From an uncultured Alistipes sp. (GTDB taxonomy: Bacteria; Bacteroidota; Bacteroidia; Bacteroidales; Rikenellaceae): a stretch of 64,000 nucleotides of DNA. The position numbers were made by a program, and so were the translations under genes. The first letter of the stretch is position 1; each line of letters begins with the position of its first letter. Below the pieces are notes generated by a model. It saw only the letters and a list, made by a program, of their open reading frames with translations. It was not told where the DNA came from and made no database searches. Where the stretch lies: contig UQDC01000006.1 in assembly GCA_900539755.1 (NCBI GenBank), forward strand, positions 45,177-109,176. The letters are read 5' to 3'. Positions 10,810 to 22,736 of the stretch are shown piece by piece.

Positions 10810-12288
10810 TTAACGATTAGCTGAACTCCTTTTCTGATTTTGGAGTGGAAAATGGTTGGTTGCCGGTTCGATTCGTGATGGCAGGGGCTGCGTTAATTCG
10901 ATCCACACCGGTAAATGGTCGCTGTATCCTCCGGTATATGTGTTGCCGTCAAATGTGCGCAAAGGATAACCTCGTTTGGCACCATCCCTTTGTAACAGGT
11001 ATTCACGAACGAAAATACCATAACGTCCCGAAAAAGTCAGCTCTCCAGTGGGGCTTGTCGAGTTTTCTGTTCTGCTGTTTTGTGGCAATGCCAGATTGCG
11101 ACTCATGATAATAAAATCGTATTGCAGACGACGGTCTCGATAACAGTAAGAACCGAACCCTCGTCGTTCGCTCTCGATGAATGGCGTGAAAAGATTATGT
11201 CCGAGAATGGTTTTGCCGATTGCGGAAGAGGGAGTTGCATTGAAGTCTCCCATGACGATCAATTTACGGTTGGGCTCTCGATGTGACAAAGAGTCCGTGA
11301 TTTGATGCAGCAGTTGTGCTGCTCGGTTTCGCAGGGCGCTGCCGTTGGGTATGGCCGGCATATGGCAAATGACAAGGCAGAGCGGTTCGTTGTTCAGCTC
11401 GCCCTCAACAATCAGAAAGTCTCGATGCACCAACGGGGCTCCGGCCTGGCTGATCCGTTGGGGAATGAAACTGCTGCCCCGATAGAGCAGCGCTACATCA
11501 ATGCCTCGTGAATCGGCCGTATGGCGATGGATGTAATTGTAATCTTGATCCATGGTTAGTAGCAGGTCTTGGAGGACCTCTTCGTTCTCTATCTCTGCTA
11601 AACCGATTATGTCGGCTTGCAATTCGTCGAGGACTTGGGCAATGTGCGAGATTTTGTGTCGGTAACGTTCGGTGTTCCAACGACGGACTCCTCGAGGGGT
11701 AAATTCGGTGTCGTAAGTCAACGGATTGCGTATGGTGTCAAATAGGTTCTCGATATTGTAAAAGGCAATTTTGATCGATTCGGTGTGCAGGTCGTTGGAG
11801 TGGTGTGCAAAATGGGTCGAGTCTGCGTTGACAAATCTGTCAAAATCTGGGTGCGATTGGTGATCCTCCGAATCTGTTGAAGTAGAGGCCTGTGAATGGT
11901 TCAGAGGCTGGCTGTCGGTGGTGTTGTGGTTAGTGTTGCTGTAATTTGTGACGGTGTTTGTTGATTGGGTTAGGTGTTGGGTGTGAGGAAATTGTGTGTT
12001 TGTAATCGCTGGTGCTGAAGCGTTGGGAAGAATCGATAAGTGATGTGAGTCGTGAGTGTCTTCGTGAATTGAGGGTGCGTATTGGCAGTTTGTATGAATA
12101 GGCTGCAATAGGTTGCAGTTGGATGAAGGGCTTGGCGTTGCTTCAGCGGATTGGTAGAATGTGTGGTTTTGGGAGGTGGAATCCATAGAGGGAGAGTGTG
12201 CGTTTGCGGGTGTAGCCCAAACGCTACTGAACTCTACAAAGAGCAGTTGCAGGATAATTACTGTGATGAATCGTACAGATGCTCGCAT
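10810..12288 (-). CDS. secreted endonuclease/exonuclease/phosphatase (EEP) family protein with a ~150-aa low-complexity N-terminal region
   Basis: Signal peptide, then an S/T/N/H-rich region, then the EEP core (IKIAFYNIENLF...IIGLAEIEN...GDFN...YSDHLPVWIEL). Confidence 0.7.
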   Translation of the reverse strand: MRASVRFITVIILQLLFVEFSSVWATPANAHSPSMDSTSQNHTFYQSAEATPSPSSNCNLLQPIHTNCQYAPSIHEDTHDSHHLSILPNASAPAITNTQFPHTQHLTQSTNTVTNYSNTNHNTTDSQPLNHSQASTSTDSEDHQSHPDFDRFVNADSTHFAHHSNDLHTESIKIAFYNIENLFDTIRNPLTYDTEFTPRGVRRWNTERYRHKISHIAQVLDELQADIIGLAEIENEEVLQDLLLTMDQDYNYIHRHTADSRGIDVALLYRGSSFIPQRISQAGAPLVHRDFLIVEGELNNEPLCLVICHMPAIPNGSALRNRAAQLLHQITDSLSHREPNRKLIVMGDFNATPSSAIGKTILGHNLFTPFIESERRGFGSYCYRDRRLQYDFIIMSRNLALPQNSRTENSTSPTGELTFSGRYGIFVREYLLQRDGAKRGYPLRTFDGNTYTGGYSDHLPVWIELTQPLPSRIEPATNHFPLQNQKRSSANR

Positions 12289-12819
12289 GCCTTATTGGTC
12301 TCTATGGGAATAATGGGTTGTTGTGGAGTATAGTTACTGATAACAGATTATAACAGAAGAGTTGTATTGGGTCGTGGTGAGGTCCGGTATAGTGTGGGGT
12401 TGGTCAAACCTCATTTTGCAATTGTTCGTATTCATGTAGATGTGAGTAGGTGTTTTGTCATATAATAAGATGATGTCACCATTATGTCACCGATCGGTCG
12501 AAAGTGAAAGGTTGCACTGTCGTGATTCGGCGAGTGTGGCTCGAAGGGAAACTGACCTTGCTCTGTGACATTGCGTAACCTTTCTCTGCCATAGCCGTTA
12601 TATTATAAAGGTAATAATTTTTTTCATCGAAAACCCGACAAGAAAATTAAGTACCCGTTTTTTGCCTCTTTTTAGCTGTTTTGAGAGCCTGAAATGAATT
12701 CGTGCTCGCCAAAAGAAACCTCCAAAATGAAAAGTACCCCAAAATCGGATTTTAAGGGCTCTTTTTTTGCGGTTCGTTAAAAAAGCTGTAACTTTACCAA
12801 GTTATATGAATGTAAAGCT

Positions 12820-15381
12820 ATGAGTGAAGAGACAGGAGAAAAAATCATTAAGATTAATATAGAGGAGGAGATGAAAACTGCCTACATCGACTATTCGATG
12901 TCGGTAATTGTCGCTCGAGCTCTGCCTGATGTGCGTGACGGCCTGAAACCCGTCCACCGCCGTATCCTGTACGACATGAGCAGCGAATTGAATCTGACCT
13001 CCGATAAACCCTATCGTAAATCGGCCCGTATCGTCGGTGACGTGCTCGGTAAGTTCCACCCCCATGGTGACTTGTCTGTCTATAATGCCATGGTGCGTAT
13101 GGCACAAGAGTGGAGCCTCCGCTATCCGTTGGTCGATGGCCAGGGTAACTTCGGTTCGGTCGATGGAGACTCCCCGGCTGCTATGCGTTATACGGAGGCC
13201 CGTATGATGAAGATCGCCGATGAGGTGATGGCGGATATCGAAAAAAATACGGTCGATTTCCGTCCTAACTTTGATGAAACACTGAAAGAACCGGTGGTGC
13301 TCCCGACCAAAGTGCCCCTGCTGATGGTCAACGGTTCGTCTGGTATTGCGGTCGGTATGGCAACCAATATGCCGCCCCACAACCTGACTGAGGTGGTAAA
13401 TGCCTGCTGTGCATACATCGATAATCCAGATATTGAGATCTCAGATCTGCTGCACTTTGTCAAGGCCCCGGATTTCCCCACAGGCGGTATCATTTACGGA
13501 TACGAAGGTGTACGTGAAGCCTATGAAACCGGACGTGGCCGTATCATTATGCGTTCCAAAACCGAAATCGAACACACTTCGACCGGTCGGGAATGTATCG
13601 TAGTGACCGAGATCCCATATATGGTCAATAAGGCCGAGATGATCAAGAAGATCGCCGACCTGATCAATGAAAAGAAACTGGAGGATATCGCCTATATCAA
13701 TGATGAGAGTGATCGTAGCGGTATGCGTATCGTCATCATTCTCAAAACCGATGCAGTGGCCAGTGTCGTGTTGAACAACCTGTTCAAATATACCCCGCTG
13801 CAGACGTCATTCCCGGTAAACAATATCGCTTTGGTGGATGGTCGCCCGACGTTGTTGACCCTCAAAGATATGATCAAGTACTTTGTCGAACACCGTCATG
13901 ATGTGGTGGTGCGTCGGGTTAAGTACGATCTGGAGCAGGCCGAAAAACGGGCCCATATCCTGGAGGGATTGCTCATCGCCGTGGACAATATCGATGAGGT
14001 GATCCGCATCATTCGTTCGGCCAAGACCCCTGATGAGGCAAAAGCCGGTTTGATCGAACGCTTCTCATTGACGGAAGTTCAGGCCTCTGCAATTATCGAT
14101 ATGCGTCTGCGTGTGCTGACCGGCCTGGAAAGAGACAAGCTCAAAGCAGAATACGACGACCTGTGCAAACAGATCGAATACTTCAAAGAGGTGCTCGACA
14201 GCTATGCGTTGCAGATGAAGATCGTGAAAGACGAACTGATCGAACTGCGTGACAAGTACGGTGACGAACGTCGCACCGAATTGGTGATGCGGGCCGAAGA
14301 GTTCAACCCCGAAGATTTCTATGCAGATGATGAAATGGTAATCACCATTTCGCATATGGGTTACATCAAACGTACCCCGTTGACCGAATATCGTACACAG
14401 AACCGTGGCGGTGTCGGCATGAAGGGCAGTGCAACCCGGGATGAGGACTTCATCGAACATATCTATGTGACGACCATGCACAATACGATGCTCTTCTTTA
14501 CCGAGAAGGGACGTTGCTATTGGCTCAAGGTTTATGCAATTCCGGAAGGCTCACGCTCGTCGAAGGGTCGTGCATTGCAGAATGTGATTCAGATTGAACC
14601 GGACGACAAGATTCGTGCATATATCAATGTGCGTCGTTTGAACGATAAGGAGTATGTCGATAATAACTACATTATCATGTGTACCAAAGAGGGTGTCGTG
14701 AAAAAGACCCGCTTGGAGGCATACTCTCGTCCTCGCCAAAACGGCGTGAACGCCATTACGATTCGTGAAGGAGACCAGCTGATTGAGGCTAAATTGACTA
14801 CCGGTAACAGCGAGGTGTTAATCGCTGCCAAAGAGGGTAAGGCCATTCGTTTCAACGAAGAGGCGGTTCGTCCGATCGGGCGTACGGGTGCCGGCGTAAA
14901 AGGTATTACGATCGAGGATGATGACGAGGTGATCGGAATGGTTTGTGTGGAACCTGACAGCAAGGAGGATATTCTGGTTGTCTCTGAGAATGGTTATGGT
15001 AAACGTACCGATTTGGATGACTACCGGATTACCAATCGTGGTGGAAAGGGTGTCAAAACATTGCAGATTACCGAAAAAACTGGAAAACTGATCGCAATCA
15101 AATCGGTAACGGATGATAATGACCTGATGATTATTAACCGTTCAGGGTTGACGATCCGCATTCCGGTAAGCGATATTCGCGTGTCGGGTCGTGCAACACA
15201 GGGTGTCAAAGTGATCAACTTGCGTGAAGGTGACTCTATTGCTTCGGTAATTCCGGTGCCCAAAAGTGATGATGAAGAACAACCTGTTGTAGAACAGAGT
15301 GGTGTTGAAGCTGAAGCCACGGATGTAGAGACGACGGCTTCATCTGAGACCATGAATTCAAGCCCTGTTTTGGAAGAGTAG
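12820..15381 (+). CDS. gyrA: DNA gyrase subunit A
   Basis: [28 protein letters not shown] with the active-site Tyr region, C-terminal beta-pinwheel repeats and an acidic tail. Confidence 0.97.
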   Translation: MSEETGEKIIKINIEEEMKTAYIDYSMSVIVARALPDVRDGLKPVHRRILYDMSSELNLTSDKPYRKSARIVGDVLGKFHPHGDLSVYNAMVRMAQEWSLRYPLVDGQGNFGSVDGDSPAAMRYTEARMMKIADEVMADIEKNTVDFRPNFDETLKEPVVLPTKVPLLMVNGSSGIAVGMATNMPPHNLTEVVNACCAYIDNPDIEISDLLHFVKAPDFPTGGIIYGYEGVREAYETGRGRIIMRSKTEIEHTSTGRECIVVTEIPYMVNKAEMIKKIADLINEKKLEDIAYINDESDRSGMRIVIILKTDAVASVVLNNLFKYTPLQTSFPVNNIALVDGRPTLLTLKDMIKYFVEHRHDVVVRRVKYDLEQAEKRAHILEGLLIAVDNIDEVIRIIRSAKTPDEAKAGLIERFSLTEVQASAIIDMRLRVLTGLERDKLKAEYDDLCKQIEYFKEVLDSYALQMKIVKDELIELRDKYGDERRTELVMRAEEFNPEDFYADDEMVITISHMGYIKRTPLTEYRTQNRGGVGMKGSATRDEDFIEHIYVTTMHNTMLFFTEKGRCYWLKVYAIPEGSRSSKGRALQNVIQIEPDDKIRAYINVRRLNDKEYVDNNYIIMCTKEGVVKKTRLEAYSRPRQNGVNAITIREGDQLIEAKLTTGNSEVLIAAKEGKAIRFNEEAVRPIGRTGAGVKGITIEDDDEVIGMVCVEPDSKEDILVVSENGYGKRTDLDDYRITNRGGKGVKTLQITEKTGKLIAIKSVTDDNDLMIINRSGLTIRIPVSDIRVSGRATQGVKVINLREGDSIASVIPVPKSDDEEQPVVEQSGVEAEATDVETTASSETMNSSPVLEE

Positions 15382-15466
15382 TCGAGTTGATGATCTTCAG
15401 TTTTTCATGAACAAATAACATAACTCAAACAAAAGAAACAAGTTAAACCAATTAATACTTACGATT

Positions 15467-16780
15467 ATGAAACGATTATTGGTATTGGCTTCTATTGCCA
15501 CAATGGGCGTAAGCGGTACTGCATTTGGCCAGTCTGGTGTGAATGAAGCTAACCTGATGCAGAAAGTCAGCAAAGCCGAAGCCGCTACTCAGGATCCGAA
15601 AAAGAATACCAAAGCAGCAACTTGGATTACTTTGGGTGATGCCAATTATAATGCTACGATTGCTCCTATTGCCTCACTGTATAGAGGTCTGAGTGAACTC
15701 GAAATGATGTTTATGATGGGCAAGAATGAGCAATCTACGGATACAATTAATGGTGTTCAGATGAATGTCGCATCTTATGATTATGTTGATGTTTATCTGA
15801 CTAATGGTGTGGTTTCTTTCTGGAAAACGAAAAAAGCAATCAACCCTAATGGCTTGGAGAAAGCTGAAGCAGCTTATATGAAAGCCTATGAATTAGATAA
15901 GGATAATGCTGCCACTTTGAAAAAGGTTCAGCAGGGCTTGACTAATGTTTATAACTGGTATAAACAGATTGCCGACAATAATTTCACCCAACAGAATTTG
16001 CCAGTAGCTGCATCTGAATTTGCTAAGGCATATGATTTGTTGCAGGAAGGTGTGATTACCGCTGCTGATACAACCAGCTCATTTAATGCAGGTTTGATTT
16101 ATGCAATCCTGAAAGATTATCCTAACGGAGAGAAATATCTGTCAGCAGCGTTGAAAGATGGTTTGGCTAAAGGTGGTGATACCTATTACTATCTGAATCT
16201 TTGCTATGCCGGTGAAGGTAAAAATGCTGAGGCTAAACAGGTGTTGATGGATGGTATTAAAGCCTATCCAATGAATTCAAAACTGGTAGAGGGTCTGCTC
16301 TCAGTTTATGCAGCAACCGGTGAAGATCCTAATGAGATTATTCCATTGGTAAATGAGGCTATCCAGAATGATCCGAAGAACCCTGAACTGTATGCAGGTT
16401 TAGGTCGTGTATATGACAAATTGGGACAACCTGACAAATCAATCGAAGCGTTCAAACAGGCTTTGGCGTTGGCTCCAGATGATTTCGCTACCAACTACAA
16501 TATCGGTTTGATGTTGATCAAACGTGGTGATGAAGCGAACAATGCATTGAATGACAAAATGTTCACTAGCACTGAATCTTTGAAAGCTGAAGAGGCTGCT
16601 GTTAACGCTATGTATGCAGAGGCTCTAGCTCCACTGGAAAAGGCTCATGAGTTGCAGCCGGATGATATCACGACGGTTGAACTGCTGAAAAACCTCTATT
16701 TCCGTTTCCGTGACGACAATGCACAGTATATGGAGAAATACAAACATTATAACGAATTGCTAGAGTCTATGCAGCAATAG
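15467..16780 (+). CDS. tetratricopeptide-repeat protein with signal peptide
   Basis: Signal peptide followed by multiple TPR-like helical repeats. It sits directly downstream of gyrA. Confidence 0.7.
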   Translation: MKRLLVLASIATMGVSGTAFGQSGVNEANLMQKVSKAEAATQDPKKNTKAATWITLGDANYNATIAPIASLYRGLSELEMMFMMGKNEQSTDTINGVQMNVASYDYVDVYLTNGVVSFWKTKKAINPNGLEKAEAAYMKAYELDKDNAATLKKVQQGLTNVYNWYKQIADNNFTQQNLPVAASEFAKAYDLLQEGVITAADTTSSFNAGLIYAILKDYPNGEKYLSAALKDGLAKGGDTYYYLNLCYAGEGKNAEAKQVLMDGIKAYPMNSKLVEGLLSVYAATGEDPNEIIPLVNEAIQNDPKNPELYAGLGRVYDKLGQPDKSIEAFKQALALAPDDFATNYNIGLMLIKRGDEANNALNDKMFTSTESLKAEEAAVNAMYAEALAPLEKAHELQPDDITTVELLKNLYFRFRDDNAQYMEKYKHYNELLESMQQ

Positions 16781-16801
16781 TTTGATGGAAAATAGATAAT
16801 A

Positions 16802-16834
16802 AAAAGAGCGTCAGAAATGGCGCTCTTTTTTATT
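16802..16834 (+). terminator. rho-independent terminator after the TPR gene
   Basis: Stem aaaagagcg/cgctctttt followed by a T-run. Confidence 0.65.
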
Positions 16835-16956
16835 TTGGACAAAATTTTGCAGGAAAGCAGGAGATGGATTATTTTTGTGATTTGTATAATTGGATGGAAA
16901 AGGCTTTGCAAAATAGTGCGCATGTTAGGCGTTGATTTGCAGCTTGATAGATAATC

Positions 16957-18408
16957 ATGATGGAAGAACAGGATAATAAAATATTATCGGAACTGACCGG
17001 TTCTGAATATAAATATGGGTTTACGACCGATGTCGAGACCGAAATCATCCCCAAAGGGCTGAATGAAGAGGTCGTACGACTCATCTCGGCGAAAAAAGGT
17101 GAGCCGGAGTGGATGTTGGCTTATCGTCTCGAGGCTTATCGCCGTTGGAAGACGATGACAATGCCTCGTTGGCCTCATTTGGATCTGCCGGAGATCGATT
17201 TCGATGACATCATCTATTATGCGGCACCAAAGGCTAAACCAAAATTGAATAGCCTCGATGAAATTGACCCCAAACTGAAAGAGACATTTGATAAATTGGG
17301 CGTTCCTCTGGAGGAGCAGATGATGTTGTCAGGCGTTGCAGTCGATGCCGTGATGGACTCCGTGTCGGTCAAAACAACTTTCAAGGAGACCCTTTCCGAA
17401 AAGGGAATCATCTTCTGTTCCATGTCGGAGGCAATCCGGGATTATCCCGATCTGGTCCGTAAATATTTGGGCAGTGTGGTCCCCAGTACCGATAACTTCT
17501 TTGCGGCTTTGAATGCAGCGGTCTTTTCGGATGGCTCGTTCTGCTATATTCCCAAAGGGGTGCACTGTCCGATGGAACTCTCGACCTATTTCCGAATCAA
17601 TGCAGCCGGAACAGGACAGTTCGAACGGACGTTGATTGTGGCCGATGAGGGGGCCTATGTCAGCTATATGGAGGGATGTACCGCTCCGATGCGTGATGAA
17701 AATCAGTTGCATGCTGCCGTAGTCGAAATTGTCGTGATGAAGGATGCCGAGGTCAAGTATTCGACCGTTCAGAACTGGTATCCCGGTGACAAAGAGGGAC
17801 GTGGCGGTATTTACAACTTTGTGACCAAACGGGGAATTTGCAAGGGCGAAAATGCCCGGTTGTCGTGGACGCAGATCGAAACCGGTTCAGCCCTGACCTG
17901 GAAATATCCGAGCTGTATTCTGGCCGGAGATAATTCGGTCGGAGAGTTCTATTCGGTGGCTGTGACCAATAACTGTCAGCAGGCCGATACCGGTACGAAG
18001 ATGATCCATTTGGGGCGCAACACCCGCAGTCGGATTGTCAGCAAAGGTATTTCGGCCGGACGTAGCCAGAATAGCTATCGGGGATTGGTCAAGGTGGCTC
18101 GCAAGGCCGAAAATGCCCGCAACTATTCGCAGTGCGACTCCCTGCTGATTGGGGATCGGTGCGGAGCTCATACCTTCCCCTATATTGAATCGAACAACCG
18201 TTCGGCTGTGGTTGAACATGAGGCAACCACCTCCAAAATCGGAGAAGATCAGCTCTTTTATTGCAACCAACGTGGCATCTCTACGGAGGATGCTGTGGGA
18301 CTGATTGTCAACGGTTATGCCAAAGAGGTGCTGAACAAGTTGCCTATGGAGTTTGCGGTTGAGGCGCAAAAATTACTCTCGATCTCGTTGGAGGGTAGTG
18401 TTGGTTAG
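16957..18408 (+). CDS. sufB: Fe-S cluster assembly protein SufB
   Basis: 483 aa with the characteristic SufB/SufD core. Confidence 0.95.
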   Translation: MMEEQDNKILSELTGSEYKYGFTTDVETEIIPKGLNEEVVRLISAKKGEPEWMLAYRLEAYRRWKTMTMPRWPHLDLPEIDFDDIIYYAAPKAKPKLNSLDEIDPKLKETFDKLGVPLEEQMMLSGVAVDAVMDSVSVKTTFKETLSEKGIIFCSMSEAIRDYPDLVRKYLGSVVPSTDNFFAALNAAVFSDGSFCYIPKGVHCPMELSTYFRINAAGTGQFERTLIVADEGAYVSYMEGCTAPMRDENQLHAAVVEIVVMKDAEVKYSTVQNWYPGDKEGRGGIYNFVTKRGICKGENARLSWTQIETGSALTWKYPSCILAGDNSVGEFYSVAVTNNCQQADTGTKMIHLGRNTRSRIVSKGISAGRSQNSYRGLVKVARKAENARNYSQCDSLLIGDRCGAHTFPYIESNNRSAVVEHEATTSKIGEDQLFYCNQRGISTEDAVGLIVNGYAKEVLNKLPMEFAVEAQKLLSISLEGSVG

Positions 18409-18464
18409 ACCGGGAGGGAGGACTCCTCGTTGGTCTTGTAGAAACCCGGAACAAAAAAGAATCA

Positions 18465-19235
18465 ATGAAAATGGCAGAAAAAGATATGTTGGAGATTAAG
18501 GATTTGCATGCCAGTGTAGATGGCAAGGAGATACTCAAAGGGATCAATCTGAGCGTCAAGGCTGGAGAGGTGCATGCCATCATGGGCCCGAACGGTTCGG
18601 GTAAAAGTACGTTGGCTTCGGTGCTGGCGGGAAACGAACGCTTTGAGGTGACTCAGGGTGAGGCATGGTTCCAAGGACAGAATCTTTTTGAAAAGAGTAT
18701 TGAAGAGCGTGCCCGCATGGGGCTGTTCCTCGGATTCCAATATCCGGTCGAAATCCCGGGCGTGAGCATGGCCAACTTCTTGCGCTATGCGGTGAACGAA
18801 AAACGTAAATATCAAGGATTGGAACCGCTTTCAGCTGCAGAGTTTTTGCGCCTGATGCGTGAAAAGAGTGCAGTGGTCGAGCTCGATAGCAAATTGACCA
18901 ACCGGGCGGTTAATGCCGGATTCTCTGGCGGCGAGAAGAAGAAGAACGAAATCTTCCAGATGGCGATGCTCGAACCGAAACTGGCCATCCTCGATGAGAC
19001 GGATAGCGGTCTGGATATCGATGCACTTCGTATTGTGGCTACTGGGGTGACCAAACTGAAACGTCCCGATAACGCTACAATCGTCATTACGCACTATCAG
19101 CGTCTGCTGGATTATATCGTGCCCGATGTGGTGCATGTACTGTATAAAGGTCGTATTATCTATTCGGCTGGTAAAGAGCTTGCCTTCAAACTCGAGGAGC
19201 AGGGTTACGACTGGTTGATCAACCAATATGAGTAG
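18465..19235 (+). CDS. sufC: Fe-S cluster assembly ATPase SufC
   Basis: Walker A (GPNGSGKST), ABC signature (SGGEKK) and Walker B (LDETDSGLD). The true start may be the internal Met at 18486. Confidence 0.95.
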   Translation: MKMAEKDMLEIKDLHASVDGKEILKGINLSVKAGEVHAIMGPNGSGKSTLASVLAGNERFEVTQGEAWFQGQNLFEKSIEERARMGLFLGFQYPVEIPGVSMANFLRYAVNEKRKYQGLEPLSAAEFLRLMREKSAVVELDSKLTNRAVNAGFSGGEKKKNEIFQMAMLEPKLAILDETDSGLDIDALRIVATGVTKLKRPDNATIVITHYQRLLDYIVPDVVHVLYKGRIIYSAGKELAFKLEEQGYDWLINQYE

Positions 19236-20565
19236 CGGCATGGAACGTTCGATTGAAAATAGATTGACAGAGCTGTTCCAGGCGCACGAAGAGCTGCTCG
19301 GTGTCGATCAAGCTTCTCCGTTGACTCGCTTCCGTCGTGCTGCGATGGAGCAAGTGACCCACTTGGGGATCCCTAAAAAGGGTTCAGGGAATGGCGATCG
19401 CTACCATTATACGTCGTTGCGCGAGACGTTCGATCAGCCGTGGCACTATCTTTTTACTGCATCCGAACAGGAGACCGCTTCCTCAGCAGTACATTCGACC
19501 GAAGCGTTGCCGGGTGAGATGTATCGCACCACCTTTGTCAACGGTTTTTGTGCAGATGAGCAGAATTTGGTCCAGTTGCCTAATGGTGTTGTGTATGGCT
19601 CATTGGCTGCCGCAGTTGAATCGTTTCCAGAGCTGGTGGCCCGCTATTACAATACGCTGACAGCCGACACCAACGATGCTGTGGAGGCATTGACGGCTGC
19701 TTTTGTCCAAGACGGTGCCTTTGTCTATGTGCCCAAGGGTGTACGGGTTGAGTTGCCGATTGCGGTCGAGTCTCGTTTTGGTGGCGCAGATCAGGCGATC
19801 GCCACATTCGGACGCAACCTGTTTATTTTCGAGGAGGGAAGTGAAGCCCGATTGGTACTCGACTACCGTTCGGTGGATCAGACAGCAGTGCTGGCCTGTA
19901 GAACACGGGAGATGTTCGTAGGAGCCGGTGCCCGAATCGATATGGTTGAGGGTTGCAGGTTGAACAACGGCTCGTCGCTGGTTTCGTGCAGCCGTGTCAG
20001 TCAGTCGAAAGCTAGTGTGTTGCATGCGGTTTCCGTTGCGTTGAGTGGCAAGTTGATGCGAAACGAACAGCGTGTACGGTTGGAAGGACGGGACGCAGAG
20101 AATCATACCAACGGGCTGATGATTGCCGGAAAAGATGAGCATCTCGATTTTACGACCGATATCGAACATCTGGTTTCAGATTGCAACAGCTATCAGTTGT
20201 TTAAAGGGGTGGCTGCAGATGGAGCTACTTCGGTCTTCAGCGGTCGGATCTATGTCGCACAGGACGCCCAGCGGACGCAGGCTTTCCAGCAAAATAACAA
20301 CCTCTTGTTGGGGAATGAGGCGCATGCCTACGCCAAACCACAATTGGAGATCTATGCCGATAATGTGAAGTGCAGCCACGGAGCGACGGTCGGTCAGCTC
20401 GATCCCGAAGCGATCTATTATATGCGCCAGCGGGGAATCGACCTTGAAGATGCCCGCCGGTTGCAGATGTATGGTTTCGTATTGGACGTCTTGGCCGAAA
20501 GCCGGGTCCCACAGATGAACGAACTTTTCGATCGGGAGATCGGCGCCAAGATCGAAGCATTGTAA
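19228..20565 (+). CDS. sufD: Fe-S cluster assembly protein SufD
   Basis: 445 aa, overlaps the sufC stop by 8 nt and has a SufB/D-fold C-terminus. Confidence 0.85.
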   Translation: MSSGMERSIENRLTELFQAHEELLGVDQASPLTRFRRAAMEQVTHLGIPKKGSGNGDRYHYTSLRETFDQPWHYLFTASEQETASSAVHSTEALPGEMYRTTFVNGFCADEQNLVQLPNGVVYGSLAAAVESFPELVARYYNTLTADTNDAVEALTAAFVQDGAFVYVPKGVRVELPIAVESRFGGADQAIATFGRNLFIFEEGSEARLVLDYRSVDQTAVLACRTREMFVGAGARIDMVEGCRLNNGSSLVSCSRVSQSKASVLHAVSVALSGKLMRNEQRVRLEGRDAENHTNGLMIAGKDEHLDFTTDIEHLVSDCNSYQLFKGVAADGATSVFSGRIYVAQDAQRTQAFQQNNNLLLGNEAHAYAKPQLEIYADNVKCSHGATVGQLDPEAIYYMRQRGIDLEDARRLQMYGFVLDVLAESRVPQMNELFDREIGAKIEAL

Positions 20566-20576
20566 AGCAAATATAG

Positions 20577-21800
20577 ATGGCATACGATATTGCTAAAATA
20601 AGGGCCGACTTTCCGCTGTTGAACAGTAAGGTTTACGGGAAGGAGTTGGTCTATCTGGACAGCGGGGCGACCGCTCAAAAGCCCTTGTCGGTGATTGAGA
20701 AGGTCGATTACCTGCATCGTCATCTCAATGCAAATATTCACCGGGGGCTCCACTACATGAGTGAGGAGTGTACCTCGGCGTATGAGGTGGCGCGTGAAGA
20801 GGTGCGGCGATTGATCGGTGCATCCTCCACGCGTGAGGTGGTCTTTACGGCCGGTGCAACCGCTTCGATCAATACGGTGGCGTATAGCTTCGGAGAGAAG
20901 TTTATCCATGCCGGAGACAACGTCATTACTACGGAGATGGAACACCACTCCAATATCGTCCCCTGGCAGCTGATCTGTGAACGGAAAGGGGCTGAATTAC
21001 GCGTGGTGCCGTTCGACGATGCGGGGCGTCTGATGACCGAAAAATTGCCCGAATTGTTGGATGATCGCACTCGGTTGCTGTGCGTGACTCAAGCCTCGAA
21101 TGTTTTGGGTACCTGTCCCGATCTCAAGGCGATTATTGAGGTTGCTCATGCGGCTGGTGTGCCGGTATTGGTGGATGGTTGCCAAGGTATTGTGCACGGT
21201 GGTGTGGATGTCCAGGCTCTCGATTGCGATTTCTATGCCTTTTCGGGACACAAACTTTATGGTCCGACCGGCGTTGGTGTTCTGTACGGCAAAGAGCATT
21301 GGCTCGAGGAGATGCCTCCGTTCTTCGGAGGCGGGGACATGGTGGCAACGGTAAGTTTTGCAGGGACAACCTATGCCGAGTTGCCGCTGAAATTTGAAGC
21401 CGGAACCTCCAATTATATTGCAGCTATTGGATTGGGTGAGGCCATCCGTTATCTCGATACGCTCGACCCGAAAGAGGTGATGCGTCATGAACAGCAGTTA
21501 CTGGAGTATGCAACGAAGAAGCTGCAAGGTGTCGATGGTTTGCGCATCTATGGCAACCAGCCGGATAAATGCGGGATTGTCTCCTTTACGATCGATGGAA
21601 CGCATCCGATGGATGTGGGAATGATCCTGGATAAAATGGGCATTGCGGTGCGAACAGGTACCCACTGTGCTGAACCGGTCATGACCCACTACGGAATTAC
21701 CTCGATGGTGCGGGCATCGTTTGCATTGTACAATGACTTTACCGATATTGACCGCCTGGAGGCTGGGGTTCAGCGTGCTGCCCGAATGTTGCGGGCCTGA
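20577..21800 (+). CDS. sufS: cysteine desulfurase SufS (class V aminotransferase)
   Basis: PLP-lysine motif FYAFSGHKLYGPTGVGVLYG and the catalytic Cys loop RTGTHCAEP. Confidence 0.92.
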   Translation: MAYDIAKIRADFPLLNSKVYGKELVYLDSGATAQKPLSVIEKVDYLHRHLNANIHRGLHYMSEECTSAYEVAREEVRRLIGASSTREVVFTAGATASINTVAYSFGEKFIHAGDNVITTEMEHHSNIVPWQLICERKGAELRVVPFDDAGRLMTEKLPELLDDRTRLLCVTQASNVLGTCPDLKAIIEVAHAAGVPVLVDGCQGIVHGGVDVQALDCDFYAFSGHKLYGPTGVGVLYGKEHWLEEMPPFFGGGDMVATVSFAGTTYAELPLKFEAGTSNYIAAIGLGEAIRYLDTLDPKEVMRHEQQLLEYATKKLQGVDGLRIYGNQPDKCGIVSFTIDGTHPMDVGMILDKMGIAVRTGTHCAEPVMTHYGITSMVRASFALYNDFTDIDRLEAGVQRAARMLRA

Positions 21801-22055
21801 TGTTGAGATGCACTACGCCAGTTTAACGGGAAAACCGATGGTGGTGAATGGATCGGCCGTAGAAAAGTAACGCCGTAAGGTGTTGTTGATCTCCTTGTCT
21901 TTGTTGGCCGATGAGGTTTGAGAGTGGCCTTATTTCATTGTGCCAGTTTGGTGTAATTAGATTGGCGGTTTGCCCTCAGTGCATTTGAGTTGCAGACTCG
22001 GGATAACGCTATGAATAAAAATGTGTTCTAAAACTTCTAAACTACGCAGATAACC

Positions 22056-22736
22056 ATGCCTTTTATTGTTCTCGAAGGTCTCGATGGAGCCGGTAAATCA
22101 ACTCAGGTCAAAATGCTGCAGGAGTATCTCAGTTCCAAAGGCCATCGTTATGAATATCTCCATTTCCCCCGTTTCGATGCACCGGTGTATGGCGATCTGG
22201 TGGCTCGGTTTCTGCGTGGTGAATTGGGAGCGCTCGATCAGGTAAACCCCTATCTTGTGGCGCTGATTTATGCAGGTGACCGTGCGGAAGCCGCCTCGAT
22301 GATTCGCAGTTGGCTCGATGAAGGCAAGTTCGTCATCGTCGATCGCTACGTCTATTCCAATGTCGGCTATCAGTGTGCCAAGGTGGATGATCCCGCCGAA
22401 CGGGAACAGTTGCGTCAATGGATTGTCGATCTCGAATATCAGCACAATGCCATTCCTCAACCCGACCTGTCGCTCTTTTTGGATGTGCCCTTTTCATTTA
22501 CACAGCGTAAATTGACCGAGCAGCGGGATGGGGATGATCGTCAATATCTGCATGGCAAACAGGACATTCATGAAGCCTCGTTGTCTTTGCAGGAGCGTGT
22601 ACGACGTGTCTATTTGGAACAGGTGTCGCATGACTCTCGTTTCCGTGTGATTGAATGTACCGATGAGCACGGAGAAATGCGTGCACCGGAGGCTATATTT
22701 GAGCGAATTATGGCTGAAGTGTCTCCGTTGCTTTAG
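22056..22736 (+). CDS. tmk: thymidylate kinase-family protein
   Basis: P-loop LEGLDGAGKSTQ and DRY motif (VIVDRYVYS). At 226 aa it is slightly longer than typical Tmk. Confidence 0.65.
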   Translation: MPFIVLEGLDGAGKSTQVKMLQEYLSSKGHRYEYLHFPRFDAPVYGDLVARFLRGELGALDQVNPYLVALIYAGDRAEAASMIRSWLDEGKFVIVDRYVYSNVGYQCAKVDDPAEREQLRQWIVDLEYQHNAIPQPDLSLFLDVPFSFTQRKLTEQRDGDDRQYLHGKQDIHEASLSLQERVRRVYLEQVSHDSRFRVIECTDEHGEMRAPEAIFERIMAEVSPLL